Assembly (NCBI GenBank): GCA_045648705.1
Contig: JAZROO010000108.1
Span: forward strand, 31,887 to 95,886
Source of the DNA: Eubacteriales bacterium
GTDB taxonomy: Bacteria; Bacillota; Clostridia; Oscillospirales; QAKW01
Direction: 5' to 3'
Length of the DNA: 64,000 bases
Shown here: positions 1 through 9,284 of the stretch, piece after piece
Position numbering within the stretch: the stretch's first letter is position 1
Layout of the letters: every line of letters begins with the position of its first letter
Position numbers and translations under genes: made by a program
The notes under the pieces: model-generated
What the model was told of the DNA's origin: nothing
Database searches by the model: none
Seen by the model: only the letters and a program-made list of their open reading frames with translations

Positions 1-1249
1 TTGCAAGCTCACTGTGACAAACAAAGAGTTCAAATCTTTCTGTCAGTCTCGGGTCTTCGGGACTGGCTTTGGTCAACGGAGAAACTTCAACGGGATACAT
101 AGTAATAAAGGTGGGTTGAATCAATTTTTCTTCAACACGCTGATCAAAACAAGCATACAGAGCATTGCCCCAAGTTTTATCAGCGGTTTCAGCCAATTCA
201 ACGCCTATTGCCTCAGCAGCTGCAACAGCCTCAGCATCGTCGGTAATGGCACCGAAATCAACACCGGCATATTCCTTAACAGCATCAACCATAGAAAGTC
301 TGCGCCAACCGGGAGTAAGATCGATTTTCTCACCCATCCATTCCACTTCATAAGTGCCCAGAATTTCTTTTGCAGCACCCGAAATGATTCCCTCGGCAAT
401 ATCCATCATATCATGAAAATCAGCATATGCCTGATACAACTCAATCGAGGTGAACTCAGGGTTATGTTTGGGGTCCATACCTTCATTACGGAAAATTCTA
501 CCGATTTCGTATACTCTGTCCATACCGCCAACAATCAATCTCTTTAGCGGCAATTCAGTTGCAATGCGCATATACATATCAAGATTGAGCGTGTTGTGAT
601 GTGTAACAAAGGGACGAGCGGTTGCACCACCTGCAATTGTGTTAAGCACAGGGGTTTCAACCTCAATATAATTCATATCATCCAGATATTTACGCATATA
701 TTTGATGAACTGAGAACGAACAATGAAATTGCGCTTCACTTCCGGATTGACAATCAAATCAACGTAACGCTGACGATAACGAGTATCTAAATCCTTCAAA
801 CCGTGGAATTTTTCAGGCAACGGCAAAAGTGATTTAGAAAGAAGCTCAATGTGTTCACAATGTACAGAGATCTCTCCGGTCTTGGTTTTAAACACAAAAC
901 CCTTAATACCGATAATATCGCCGATGTCCCACTTTTTAAACGATGCATAAACATCTTCGCCAACATCATCGCGACGTACATACAGTTGAATATCACCTTC
1001 TCTGTCACGAAGGCCCACAAAACTTGCTTTGCCCATAATACGACGAGACATAATTCTACCGGCAAGTGAAACAGTTTTGCTTTCAAACTCCTCAAAATTC
1101 TCTTTAATGTTTAAAGAATATGCATCAACATCATATTTTGTTTTAACAAAGGGGTCTGCGCCGTTTTCCTGAAGCGCAACCAATTTATCTCTGCGGATTT
1201 GCAGAATTTCACTAAGAGAAAGTTCTTCTTGTTGATTTTGATAATCCAT
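1..1249 (-). CDS. lysS: Lysyl-tRNA synthetase, class II (C-terminal end cut off by window edge)
   Basis: Not in the ORF track because no stop codon lies inside the window. The minus-strand frame from ATG 1249 (GGAGA 6 nt upstream) reads MDYQNQQEELSLSEILQIRRDKLVALQENGADPFVK. Around 470-520 it reads MDRVYEIGRIFRNEGMD, the class II motif 2 of LysRS. Plus-strand ORFs 14..547, 596..790 and 851..1069 are shadows. Confidence 0.9.
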   Translation of the reverse strand, partial: MDYQNQQEELSLSEILQIRRDKLVALQENGADPFVKTKYDVDAYSLNIKENFEEFESKTVSLAGRIMSRRIMGKASFVGLRDREGDIQLYVRRDDVGEDVYASFKKWDIGDIIGIKGFVFKTKTGEISVHCEHIELLSKSLLPLPEKFHGLKDLDTRYRQRYVDLIVNPEVKRNFIVRSQFIKYMRKYLDDMNYIEVETPVLNTIAGGATARPFVTHHNTLNLDMYMRIATELPLKRLIVGGMDRVYEIGRIFRNEGMDPKHNPEFTSIELYQAYADFHDMMDIAEGIISGAAKEILGTYEVEWMGEKIDLTPGWRRLSMVDAVKEYAGVDFGAITDDAEAVAAAEAIGVELAETADKTWGNALYACFDQRVEEKLIQPTFITMYPVEVSPLTKASPEDPRLTERFELFVCHSELA

Positions 1250-1263
1250 AATGTATCTCCTTT

Positions 1264-1297
1264 AATAAACAAAATCCACGCATAACGTGGATTTTGT
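1264..1297 (-). terminator. Intrinsic terminator after greA
   Basis: Hairpin AAAATCCACG / loop / CGTGGATTTT (1271-1295). It is followed on the minus strand by a GTTTATT U-rich tail. Confidence 0.75.
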
Positions 1298-1305
1298 TTG
1301 AATTG

Positions 1306-1782
1306 TTATGCTATCTTAACAATTTTATATTCAATCGTTCCGATCGGAGCCTCAACGCCTACAGTGCTGCCTTCTTTCTTACCAATCAAAGCTGCGCCCA
1401 ACGGACTGTCATCCGAAACTTTGTTTTCTGTGGGATCAGCTTCAATTGAACTAACGATTTCATATATTTCTTCACAATCCAGTTCAATATCCAGTACTGT
1501 TACTTTGCTGCCGAGTTTGACAGTTGCGGCTTTTTTTCCTTTGGCTTCATCTTCGATGATAATAACGTTCTTAAGAGTTACTTCCAAATCAGCAATTCTT
1601 GCTTCTACTTTTGCCTGCTCATCCTTAGCTTCATCATACTCGCTGTTTTCAGACAAGTCGCCATAAGAACGGGCAGTTTTGATTTTTTCAGCAATCTCAA
1701 GTCTTACACGGCTTTTCAGGTCAAGGAGCTCCTGCTCCAATTTTTTCTTTCCCTCTTTAGTAAGGGTAATAGACTTTGCCAT
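1306..1782 (-). CDS. greA: Transcription elongation factor GreA
   Basis: Track ORF 1306..1803. Start moved to MAKSITLTKEG (ATG 1782) behind an AAGGAGA RBS. Contains the GreA signature SYGDLSENSEYDEAK and the C-terminal FKBP-like domain. Confidence 0.92.
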   Translation of the reverse strand: MAKSITLTKEGKKKLEQELLDLKSRVRLEIAEKIKTARSYGDLSENSEYDEAKDEQAKVEARIADLEVTLKNVIIIEDEAKGKKAATVKLGSKVTVLDIELDCEEIYEIVSSIEADPTENKVSDDSPLGAALIGKKEGSTVGVEAPIGTIEYKIVKIA

Positions 1783-1869
1783 GATATATTTCTCCTTTTT
1801 CAAGAGTTAATTTTTAAGAAAAGAATGCAAAGCGACCTTGTTACCCAAAGTCGCTTTGCAGAAAAAACA

Positions 1870-2772
1870 TTATTTTGTCATGCTGGCAACTTCTTCAGCG
1901 AAGTTATCCTCTCTCTTTTGCAGACCCTCACCTTTTTTGTAGTTAATAAACTTAACAACGCTTACGTCTGCACCAACAGATTTCACATACTGTTCAACAC
2001 TCATGTTAGTATCTTTAACATACTCTTGCTTCATGAGGCAGTTTTCTTTGAAATACTTGTTGATTCTTCCGCTAACCATCTTCTCAATAACAGCATCGGG
2101 TTTGGAAGCGGTTTTAGGATCGTTTTTGATTTGAGCAATCAAAATGGACTTCTCGCTTTCAATAACGGAAGCAGGAACAGAAGCCTCATCCAGATATGCA
2201 GGAGCCATTGCAACAACTTGCATACCAATGTTTTTACCCATATCAACAACTGCATCAGTTGCTTCGGGAGCATCGATCAATACGAGACATGCATCACTGC
2301 CGCCGCCATGAACGTAACTACCGCAAATGCCTTCTACTCTCTCAAAACGGCGAATGTTCATGTTTTCACCGATGGTTTGAATCATTTCAATCAGGATTTC
2401 TGCAACAGTATGCTCAGCGTCATATTTGCACTCTTTAAGAGCTTCAACATCAGCAGGATTATTATCAATAATAACCTTAGCAACACCATCAACAAAAGTC
2501 ATAAATTTTTCGTTCTTAGCAACGAAGTCAGTTTCACTGTTGATCTCGAGAATAACGCTAACCTTTTTGTCGTTGTCAACACAAGTGGTAACAACACCTT
2601 CAGCAGCAATACGGCTGGACTTCTTCTCAGCAGTAGCCATACCCTTTTCTCTCAATAATTCAATTGCCTTAGCTTCATCACCGTTAGCGGCGGCCAAAGC
2701 TCTTTTACAATCCATCATACCGCAACCGGTCTTTTCACGCAGAGCGGCAACTTCTTTTGCACCAAAAGCCAT
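1870..2772 (-). CDS. tsf: Translation elongation factor Ts
   Basis: N-terminus MAFGAKEVAALREKTGCGMMDCKRAL is the EF-Ts UBA-like domain. GGAGG RBS present. Lies directly downstream of rpsB, the conserved arrangement. Confidence 0.95.
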   Translation of the reverse strand: MAFGAKEVAALREKTGCGMMDCKRALAAANGDEAKAIELLREKGMATAEKKSSRIAAEGVVTTCVDNDKKVSVILEINSETDFVAKNEKFMTFVDGVAKVIIDNNPADVEALKECKYDAEHTVAEILIEMIQTIGENMNIRRFERVEGICGSYVHGGGSDACLVLIDAPEATDAVVDMGKNIGMQVVAMAPAYLDEASVPASVIESEKSILIAQIKNDPKTASKPDAVIEKMVSGRINKYFKENCLMKQEYVKDTNMSVEQYVKSVGADVSVVKFINYKKGEGLQKREDNFAEEVASMTK

Positions 2773-2792
2773 AATTCTATACCTCCGAAAAA

Positions 2793-3512
2793 TTATTCAG
2801 CGGCCTGTTCGGCAGCTTCTTCAATCTGTTCACCCTGTTTGCCTTCCAAAACAGCATTTGCCATGGTTTCAGCAATTAATTTAACGGCACGAATAGCATC
2901 ATCGTTACCGGGGATGGGATAATCAATCTCATCGGGATCACAGTTGGTATCAACAATAGCTACAACAGGAATACCAAGGTTCTTGGCTTCACAAATTGCA
3001 ATTCTTTCTTTCTTGGGGTCAACTACGAACATAGCAGCGGGAAGCTTGCCCATTTCCTTAATACCGCCATAGTTCTTTTCCAAGATTTCGAGTTCATGCT
3101 TCAGACCGAGAACTTCTTTCTTGGGCAGCAAATCAAATGTGCCATCCTCTTCCATCTTTTCGATCTGCTTCAGTCTCTGAATGCTCTTACGAATGGTTTT
3201 GAAGTTGGTCAACATACCACCGGGCCATCTTACGCTAACGAAATACTGACCGCAGCGCTGAGATTCTTCTTTGATGGAATCCTGAGCTTGTTTCTTAGTA
3301 CCAACAAACAGGATTTCGCCACCCTCAGCAGAAACTTCTTTAACAAAGTTGTAAGCTTCCTCGATTTTCTTTACGGTTTTCTGAAGATCAATGATATGAA
3401 TACCATTTCTCTCTGTGAAGATGTATTCCGACATTTTGGGGTTCCATCTTCTTGTTTGGTGTCCGAAATGAACACCGGCTTCTAAAAGTTGTTTCATTGA
3501 AATTACCGACAT
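2793..3512 (-). CDS. rpsB: 30S ribosomal protein S2
   Basis: [27 protein letters not shown] from ATG 3512 with an AAGGAGG RBS. The 29 extra codons in track ORF 2793..3599 belong to the leader. Confidence 0.95.
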   Translation of the reverse strand: MSVISMKQLLEAGVHFGHQTRRWNPKMSEYIFTERNGIHIIDLQKTVKKIEEAYNFVKEVSAEGGEILFVGTKKQAQDSIKEESQRCGQYFVSVRWPGGMLTNFKTIRKSIQRLKQIEKMEEDGTFDLLPKKEVLGLKHELEILEKNYGGIKEMGKLPAAMFVVDPKKERIAICEAKNLGIPVVAIVDTNCDPDEIDYPIPGNDDAIRAVKLIAETMANAVLEGKQGEQIEEAAEQAAE

Positions 3513-3622
3513 TGTTATGTCCTCCTTTTTAGTTTTTATACCTCCGTATACCCGGTCGGAACCGCCTAACTGCAAGCAGCAACTATGGCTCAAGGGCATA
3601 CGTGTGTATTTTACGCTGTAAG

Positions 3623-3651
3623 ATTATACCATATGATTTTTGAAATTGCAA
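3623..3651 (-). promoter_or_regulatory. Sigma-A-type promoter of rpsB-tsf
   Basis: On the minus strand: TTGCAA, 17-nt spacer, TATAAT. This leaves a leader of about 100 nt before rpsB. Confidence 0.55.
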
Positions 3652-3660
3652 GTCTTTTTT

Positions 3661-3693
3661 AAGAAAAAATCCGCAGTTTTTACTGCGGATTTT
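3661..3693 (-). terminator. Intrinsic terminator after the DivIVA-like gene
   Basis: Hairpin ATCCGCAG / loop / CTGCGGAT flanked by A and T runs. Confidence 0.75.
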
Positions 3694-3695
3694 GA

Positions 3696-4337
3696 TTAAT
3701 TATCTTGTTCTGCATCAGACAAAGAATCAAGCATATGATCTACGTCATTTTGGATTGAATAAAGTTGCTCTTCAAACAGATCCATTTGATCGGCGATTTT
3801 ATCAAGATTGCGGCGCAGTTCCCCTTTGATGTTTCCAACGTTTTGCTGTAACACAGTGAAATCAACACCAAGCTTTGAAAACTCAGCCTCTGTTTTGGCT
3901 CGAATCAAATGCGCCTCAGCGTTTGCTCTTGAAACAATTTCATCTGCATTTTTACGAGCTTGAATCATAAGATCAGCAAGTGCATCCTTACATTCATCAT
4001 ATTCCTTTGCTTTGCGCAAAACCTCGGAATCTTCCGTGCTTTCAGTTGCCTGCATCTCGATTTGGGTTGCTTGTTCAGCCAATTTTGCGTCAAACTCTGC
4101 GCGTAGCTCTGCCTCGATTTTTTCGCGCAGTTGATTTTCGATTTGACATTCATCAACCTGCTTTGCATTTTCCTGCAAAGATGCAATTTCCTTATTCAAA
4201 CGATCAATTTCAACGTCTTTACGATCCAAATCATATTTAAGTTCTTGAAGCTGATCGCTCATTTGTTCGATATAAGCAACAACCTGCTCTTTTTTGTAAC
4301 CTCTTAAAACTGTGCTGAAAATTTCATGTCCCGCCAT
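3696..4337 (-). CDS. DivIVA-domain coiled-coil protein
   Basis: N-terminus FSTVLRGYKKEQVVAYIEQM matches the DivIVA motif (F..RGY....V..YL). The rest is heptad-rich coiled coil. Confidence 0.7.
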   Translation of the reverse strand: MAGHEIFSTVLRGYKKEQVVAYIEQMSDQLQELKYDLDRKDVEIDRLNKEIASLQENAKQVDECQIENQLREKIEAELRAEFDAKLAEQATQIEMQATESTEDSEVLRKAKEYDECKDALADLMIQARKNADEIVSRANAEAHLIRAKTEAEFSKLGVDFTVLQQNVGNIKGELRRNLDKIADQMDLFEEQLYSIQNDVDHMLDSLSDAEQDN

Positions 4338-4410
4338 TTTTCAGACTTCCTTTCCCTATTATTAAAGGAGATTTGTTTTTTATTGTACCACAAGGATTAA
4401 ACTTTGTAAA

Positions 4411-5502
4411 CTACTTAAGCAAAATGTCTGCAATTCTGCAACACGCTTGTCCATCACCATAAGGATTGGAAGCTTTACTCATTTGATCATAAAGAGACTT
4501 ATCTTCAATAAGCGCTTTAAACGTAGAATAAATAGTTTCTTCGGTTGTACCAACCAACTTTAAGGTACCGGCAGCAATTCCCTCGGGTCTTTCGGTAGTA
4601 TCTCTCATAACAAGAACAGGTTTACCCAAGGACGGAGCTTCCTCTTGAATACCGCCGCTATCGGTCAAAATCAAATGTGATCTTGCCATAAAGTTATGGA
4701 AATCCAACACATCAAGCGGCTCAATAATGTGAATTCTATCATCATCGCCAAGAATTTCATTAGCGGTTTGACGTACCACAGGATTCATATGAATCGGATA
4801 AATTGCTTTTAAGTCGGGGTGCTCATCCATAATACGACGAATCGCACGGAACATATGCTGCATCGGTTCGCCTAAGTTTTCACGTCGATGGGCAGTAATC
4901 AAAATCAACTTACTGTCTTTAGCCCACTCGAGCTCGGGATGGGTGTAATCTTCTTTAACTGTGGTCTGCAATGCATCGATTGCAGTATTGCCTGTTACAA
5001 AGATATCATCACCGTTCTTACCCTCTTTGAGAAGGTTTTCTTTCGAAACTTCAGTGGGTGCAAAATGATATTTTGCAACAATACCTACTGCCTGACGATT
5101 AAATTCTTCCGGATACGGAGAATAAATATTATAGGTACGTAAGCCGGCCTCAACATGTCCAACAGGAATCTGCATATAAAAACATGCAAGTGCCGTTACA
5201 AACGTAGTGGAGGTATCGCCGTGTACCAACACAACGTCAGGTTTCACTTCTTCTAAAACTGCTTTGATCTTTTCAAGAATAGAAACCGTAATATCAAAAA
5301 GAGTTTGCTTTTCTTTCATAACAGAAAGATCATAATCGGGAACCACAGAAAATGCATTCAAAACTTGTGCAAGCATTTCTCTATGCTGACCGGTTACACA
5401 AACGATAGTCTCAGCGTCTTTTCTATTTTTAAGTTCATTTACCAACGGACACATTTTGATCGCTTCAGGCCGTGTTCCAAAAACAAGCATTATCTTTTTC
5501 AT
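4411..5502 (-). CDS. wecB: UDP-N-acetylglucosamine 2-epimerase (non-hydrolysing)
   Basis: MKKIMLVFGTRPEAIKMCPLV start, plus the HVEAGLRT and DSGGIQEE motifs of the WecB/MnaA family. Confidence 0.9.
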   Translation of the reverse strand: MKKIMLVFGTRPEAIKMCPLVNELKNRKDAETIVCVTGQHREMLAQVLNAFSVVPDYDLSVMKEKQTLFDITVSILEKIKAVLEEVKPDVVLVHGDTSTTFVTALACFYMQIPVGHVEAGLRTYNIYSPYPEEFNRQAVGIVAKYHFAPTEVSKENLLKEGKNGDDIFVTGNTAIDALQTTVKEDYTHPELEWAKDSKLILITAHRRENLGEPMQHMFRAIRRIMDEHPDLKAIYPIHMNPVVRQTANEILGDDDRIHIIEPLDVLDFHNFMARSHLILTDSGGIQEEAPSLGKPVLVMRDTTERPEGIAAGTLKLVGTTEETIYSTFKALIEDKSLYDQMSKASNPYGDGQACCRIADILLK

Positions 5503-5562
5503 ATTTTTACCTCAAAATTTTAATAATAATATTATTATAACAACACTCAGGTACAAAATCAA

Positions 5563-5598
5563 TAGAAAAATAAAGGAGCGTCAAATTGACGCTCCTTT
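5563..5598 (-). terminator. Intrinsic terminator after the NhaC-family gene
   Basis: AAAGGAGCGTCA / AAT / TGACGCTCCTTT hairpin followed by ATTTTTCTATT on the minus strand. Confidence 0.8.
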
Positions 5599-5602
5599 AA
5601 AA

Positions 5603-7255
5603 TTAAGATTTTTTCTTTTGAATCAATTTGATTGCAGTTAAGATTCCGAGAAGCAACACCAGACATCCTACAGGGATCGCATAAGCCCATGCACTTTCTG
5701 TCGGAATAAATCCGGCAACCAAATAACCAATCAAGCATACACCGGCAACCAAAAATGCATACGGAATTTGTGTTGAAACGTGATCAACGTGCTTACACTG
5801 TGCACCGGTAGAAGACATGATTGTAGTATCGGATATGGGAGAACAATGGTCACCACATACTGCACCGGCCAAGCAAGCAGCAATACAAATAATAAACAAG
5901 TTAGTCATATTGGTAGCGGTGGGATTAAATACACCGGTAACGATCGGAATTAAAATACCAAAAGTACCCCAAGATGTACCGGTAGCAAAAGACAAGCCAA
6001 CTGCAACTACAAACAAAATTGCAGGCAACAAAATTTGGAGAGCCTTAGCAGATTCAACCAGTCCGGCAACATATACGTCTGCGCCCAACATACCGGTAAC
6101 GTTTTTAAGTGTCCATGCAAAAGTCAAAATCAAAATTGCAGGTACCATTGCCTTAAATCCTTCCGGAATTGCGCTCATACAATTATTAAAGGTAAGAACG
6201 CGACGGCAAATCATATAAACCACGATAATTACAAGTGCAACCAATGAGCCAAGTGCCAGACCGGCAGAAGCGTCACAACCTGCAAATGCATCAATGATAT
6301 TAACACCATCGAAAATTCCACCGGTATACAGCATACCAAGCACACAGAAGACAATCAAAATAACTACAGGCAGAATCAAATCAATAACTTTACCCTTTGT
6401 GTTTTCCTCGTCTTCTTCTGCTTTATATTCACTAGCGCCGGTCATAAGCAAATCACCGGTTGCTTTTGCATGATCTTCAAACTTTTTCATCGGACCAAAA
6501 TCAAGATTTGTCAAGCAAATAAAGGCAACCATAGCCAAAGTAAGCAGTGCATAAAGATTAAAAGGAATGGTGCGAATAAACAAGCTGATACCATTTACAT
6601 TTTCAACAGTACCGCTGATTGCTGCCGCCCAAGAAGAAATCGGTGCAATGATACAAATGGGGGCAGCGGTAGCATCGATCAAATAAGCAAGTTTTGCTCT
6701 TGAAATTTTTTGTTTGTCAGTTATGGGGCGCATAACGCTACCAACCGTTAAACAATTGAAATAGTCATCCACGAAAATCAAGCAGCCCAAAAGGAAAGTT
6801 GAAAACATACCGCCTTTTCTGCCTGCGATTTTTTTGGAAGCCCATTCACCATATGCACGGCTTCCGCCCGCACGGTTCATAAGTACAACAATAATGCCAA
6901 GCACCACTAAGAATACCAAAATGCCGGCATTATAACCATCGGCAAGACTGGCAATCAAGCCATCAGTCAATACAGAATCAATGATTCTTTCTGCTGCAAA
7001 TCCTGCATCCGTAATAGCAAACAAAATACCACCCGACAGAATACCAATTGCAAGTGAAGAATAAACCTCTTTGGTTATCAACGCAAGCACGATGGCAATA
7101 ACAGGCGGCAACAATGCCCAATACGTTTGATCAAAAACGCTCACAGGACCTGCTTCTTCAGCTGCTCCTTCTGCAAAAGCAGCGATTGAGAACAGCATCA
7201 TCAGAATAATCACGAAAAGTGAAATTCTGGCAAATGATTTTCTCTTACTTCTCAT
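5603..7255 (-). CDS. NhaC-family Na+/H+ antiporter-type membrane transporter (lysine-riboswitch controlled; candidate lysine transporter)
   Basis: Start moved to MRSKRKSFARISLF (ATG 7255, AGGAGG RBS). The upstream 50 codons of track ORF 5603..7405 overlap the riboswitch and terminator. Polytopic membrane protein of the NhaC type. Confidence 0.8.
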   Translation of the reverse strand: MRSKRKSFARISLFVIILMMLFSIAAFAEGAAEEAGPVSVFDQTYWALLPPVIAIVLALITKEVYSSLAIGILSGGILFAITDAGFAAERIIDSVLTDGLIASLADGYNAGILVFLVVLGIIVVLMNRAGGSRAYGEWASKKIAGRKGGMFSTFLLGCLIFVDDYFNCLTVGSVMRPITDKQKISRAKLAYLIDATAAPICIIAPISSWAAAISGTVENVNGISLFIRTIPFNLYALLTLAMVAFICLTNLDFGPMKKFEDHAKATGDLLMTGASEYKAEEDEENTKGKVIDLILPVVILIVFCVLGMLYTGGIFDGVNIIDAFAGCDASAGLALGSLVALVIIVVYMICRRVLTFNNCMSAIPEGFKAMVPAILILTFAWTLKNVTGMLGADVYVAGLVESAKALQILLPAILFVVAVGLSFATGTSWGTFGILIPIVTGVFNPTATNMTNLFIICIAACLAGAVCGDHCSPISDTTIMSSTGAQCKHVDHVSTQIPYAFLVAGVCLIGYLVAGFIPTESAWAYAIPVGCLVLLLGILTAIKLIQKKKS

Positions 7256-7268
7256 CTTTTTTCCTCCT

Positions 7269-7310
7269 AAAATAAAAAATTCATGAGCACAAACAAATGC
7301 ACTCATGAAT
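7269..7310 (-). terminator. Terminator acting as the lysine riboswitch expression platform
   Basis: ATTCATGAGTGCA / TTTGTTT / GTGCTCATGAAT hairpin followed by TTTTTTATTTT. It ends 14 nt before the start codon. Confidence 0.8.
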
Positions 7311-7329
7311 ATACTCATGCAATACAAAT

Positions 7330-7484
7330 GATAGCGCTCCACTGTCGTGACAGTCTGATACATATTTTGCAACAGACCAGCAACCGATGCGCGAGCACGC
7401 ACCAATCACTTCGGCAAAAATCCCTTTCATTTAGCCACTCTGCTCGCATACAGCTAAATTACTGATGATGTTTGCACCTCTATC
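7330..7484 (-). promoter_or_regulatory. Lysine riboswitch (L-box) aptamer
   Basis: The minus strand reads GATAGAGGTGC...AGTA...GAAAGGG..TTTGCCGAAG...TGCTGG...CTGTCA..GTGGAGCGCTATC. These are the conserved L-box blocks in the right order, with P1 formed by GATAG / CTATC. Confidence 0.9.
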
Positions 7485-7497
7485 GAACTTTGATAAT

Positions 7498-7526
7498 ACT
7501 TTAGCACACAAAAGTGCTATTGTCAA
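7498..7526 (-). promoter_or_regulatory. Sigma-A-type promoter driving the lysine riboswitch leader
   Basis: TTGACA, 17-nt spacer, TAAAGT on the minus strand, just upstream of the aptamer. Confidence 0.55.
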
Positions 7527-7540
7527 CATATTTTGAAAAA

Positions 7541-8341
7541 TCATACAGAATTCAACTTTTTTCGATATTCACTCGGGGTTTCCCCCATCAATTTCAAAAA
7601 AGAACGATTAAACGTACGAGAGGTAGAAAAACCTGAACCGGTTGCAATCTCAGTCATATTCATATCTGTTTCTCGCAACAATTTTGTTGCACGGTCAACT
7701 CGTAAATTATTAATGTAGTCATTAAACTTGATTTTAAGTTTTTTGCTAAATAAGTGTGAAATATAGTATTTATTGATATGTAACTCTTTTTCCAACATTT
7801 CAAGAGTCAATTCATCAGTAAAATGAGCAGAACAATAGTCAAGCATTTGTTTAATTGTAGAAACTTCAGAAATACGTTCCTCTGTGAATTCCAGTCCCAT
7901 AAAGATTGTCGAAAGCAAACAAAGAAGAATCCCTTTTAAATTAATTGTTTCGATTTCAGAAGTTTTTTTACCATTAAATTGGTTTATTTGTAAAATCAGT
8001 TGCTCTATCATTTCATTATCAACACTTCCGGAGCACAGCAGATTGCTTTTGGGTATAAAATTCTTAAACCAATAATTGAATTCCGAACACAAGTCATCAG
8101 AAATAATCAAAACCCACGCTTTTTCATATTGAGACGTGGTATACCGATGCACCTGATTGGGAAACGAAATAAACAAATCCCCCGCCTTCATCTCATACTT
8201 CCTATCATCAATCCAAGCTGTTGACGAGCCATCAAGCAAATATACAATTTCGATGTGGGAATGCAAATGAGCTGTAGCGCCAAGCCTGTTTGTTAAAAAA
8301 GAAGTGAATTTATATACTTTGTTTTCATAAATGATGCTCAT
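7541..8341 (-). CDS. AraC-family transcriptional regulator with N-terminal cupin sensor domain
   Basis: Start at MSIIYENK (ATG 8341). Cupin-like HSHIEIVYLLDG...GDLFISFPNQVHRY, and a C-terminal AraC helix-turn-helix (IATGSGFSTSRTFNRSFLKLMGETPSEYR). Confidence 0.88.
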   Translation of the reverse strand: MSIIYENKVYKFTSFLTNRLGATAHLHSHIEIVYLLDGSSTAWIDDRKYEMKAGDLFISFPNQVHRYTTSQYEKAWVLIISDDLCSEFNYWFKNFIPKSNLLCSGSVDNEMIEQLILQINQFNGKKTSEIETINLKGILLCLLSTIFMGLEFTEERISEVSTIKQMLDYCSAHFTDELTLEMLEKELHINKYYISHLFSKKLKIKFNDYINNLRVDRATKLLRETDMNMTEIATGSGFSTSRTFNRSFLKLMGETPSEYRKKLNSV

Positions 8342-8449
8342 TTTAACCTCACATAGCAAAATTTGTCTTTATTTTTTTAATTTATGTATTGAATTGTACC
8401 ATTATTTGTCTTAAAATACAAGTAGAAAGATTTTTAGGAGGTAAAACAT

Positions 8450-9265
8450 ATGTCCCTACCAGTAGCATTACAACTTTATAGCGTGAGAGATGATGCTATG
8501 GCTGATCTCAAAGGCACATTATCCAAAGTAAAAGCTATGGGTTATGATGGTGTTGAACTTGCCGGCATGTACAATTTCACCGCAGAAGAAATCAAAGCCG
8601 CCATTGATGAAGCACAGCTTGTTGCCATCTCCGCACATGTTCCGTTACAGGATATGCGCAATGATATGGACAAGGTGATTTCTGACTACAAAACAATCGG
8701 ATGTAAATATTTAGTAGTTCCCTATCTTCCTGCCGAGGATAGAGAAACTGATGAAGTATTTATGAAAGTTGTTGAGGAAATCAAGGGTTTCTGTCAAAAA
8801 GCAACCGATGCAGGTTTCATTATGCTCTATCATAATCACGACTTTGAATTTGAAAAGATTGGTGAGCAATACCGTTTGGATTATCTCTATGAAAATATCC
8901 CTGCCACATTGTTGCAAACTCAGCTTGATTTATGCTGGGTTAAGGTTGGTGGCGAAAACCCTGCAGAATATCTGAGAAAATACGCTTCCAGAGCACCGCT
9001 TGTACATTTCAAGGATTTTGTTGGTCAAAAATCCAAAAATATGTACGAGCTAATCGGTATAAAATCAGAAGCCAACAATCAAGACGTGGAGTTCGAACTT
9101 CGTCCTGTCGGCTATGGTTGTCAAGATTGGTACAGTAATATCAAGGCTGTGGAAGAATCCATTGCAGAATGGGTCATTGTAGAGCAAGATCGTGCTACCA
9201 TGGAAAAAACTCCGCTTGAATCTGCCGCAATGTCCAGAGCATATCTCAAAACTTTAAATTATTAA
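8450..9265 (+). CDS. Sugar phosphate isomerase/epimerase (xylose isomerase-like TIM barrel)
   Basis: LQLYSVRD...GYDGVELAG start and overall pattern typical of the AP endonuclease 2 / xylose-isomerase-like TIM-barrel family. GGAGG RBS. Confidence 0.8.
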   Translation: MSLPVALQLYSVRDDAMADLKGTLSKVKAMGYDGVELAGMYNFTAEEIKAAIDEAQLVAISAHVPLQDMRNDMDKVISDYKTIGCKYLVVPYLPAEDRETDEVFMKVVEEIKGFCQKATDAGFIMLYHNHDFEFEKIGEQYRLDYLYENIPATLLQTQLDLCWVKVGGENPAEYLRKYASRAPLVHFKDFVGQKSKNMYELIGIKSEANNQDVEFELRPVGYGCQDWYSNIKAVEESIAEWVIVEQDRATMEKTPLESAAMSRAYLKTLNY

Positions 9266-9284
9266 TTTATAAAGGAGAAGAACA

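Noticed and set aside
14-547. Plus-strand ORF of 177 aa at the very start of the window.
   Set aside because: The opposite strand encodes a clear lysyl-tRNA synthetase (class II motif 2 read directly from the sequence). The plus ORF starts at GTG with no RBS.
1825-2658. Long ORFs antisense to well-supported genes: 1825..2658 (+) opposite tsf, 9546..10241 (-) opposite the oxidoreductase, 12220..12864 (+) opposite the EF-G paralog, 48239..49048 (+) opposite leuS, 53452..54399 (+) opposite smc, 57088..57828 and 58018..58566 (+) opposite groEL, 60111..60797 (+) opposite hprK and the methyltransferase, and 62458..63018 (+) opposite the HAD gene.
   Set aside because: Their translations are low-complexity and rich in Ser, Asn, Phe, Cys and Ile, with no recognisable motifs and no RBS. 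They lie exactly opposite genes with unmistakable conserved protein sequences. These are typical shadow ORFs of AT-rich genomes.
7256-7405. The 5' extensions of track ORFs, for example the 50-codon extension of the NhaC gene. Similar extensions occur on rpsB, greA, rpsU, groES, yqfC, the BSH-type gene, the EF-G paralog and the DUF4830-like gene.
   Set aside because: The extensions run through riboswitch, terminator or leader sequence and lack an RBS. Internal starts have strong GGAGG-type RBSs and give the canonical N-termini.
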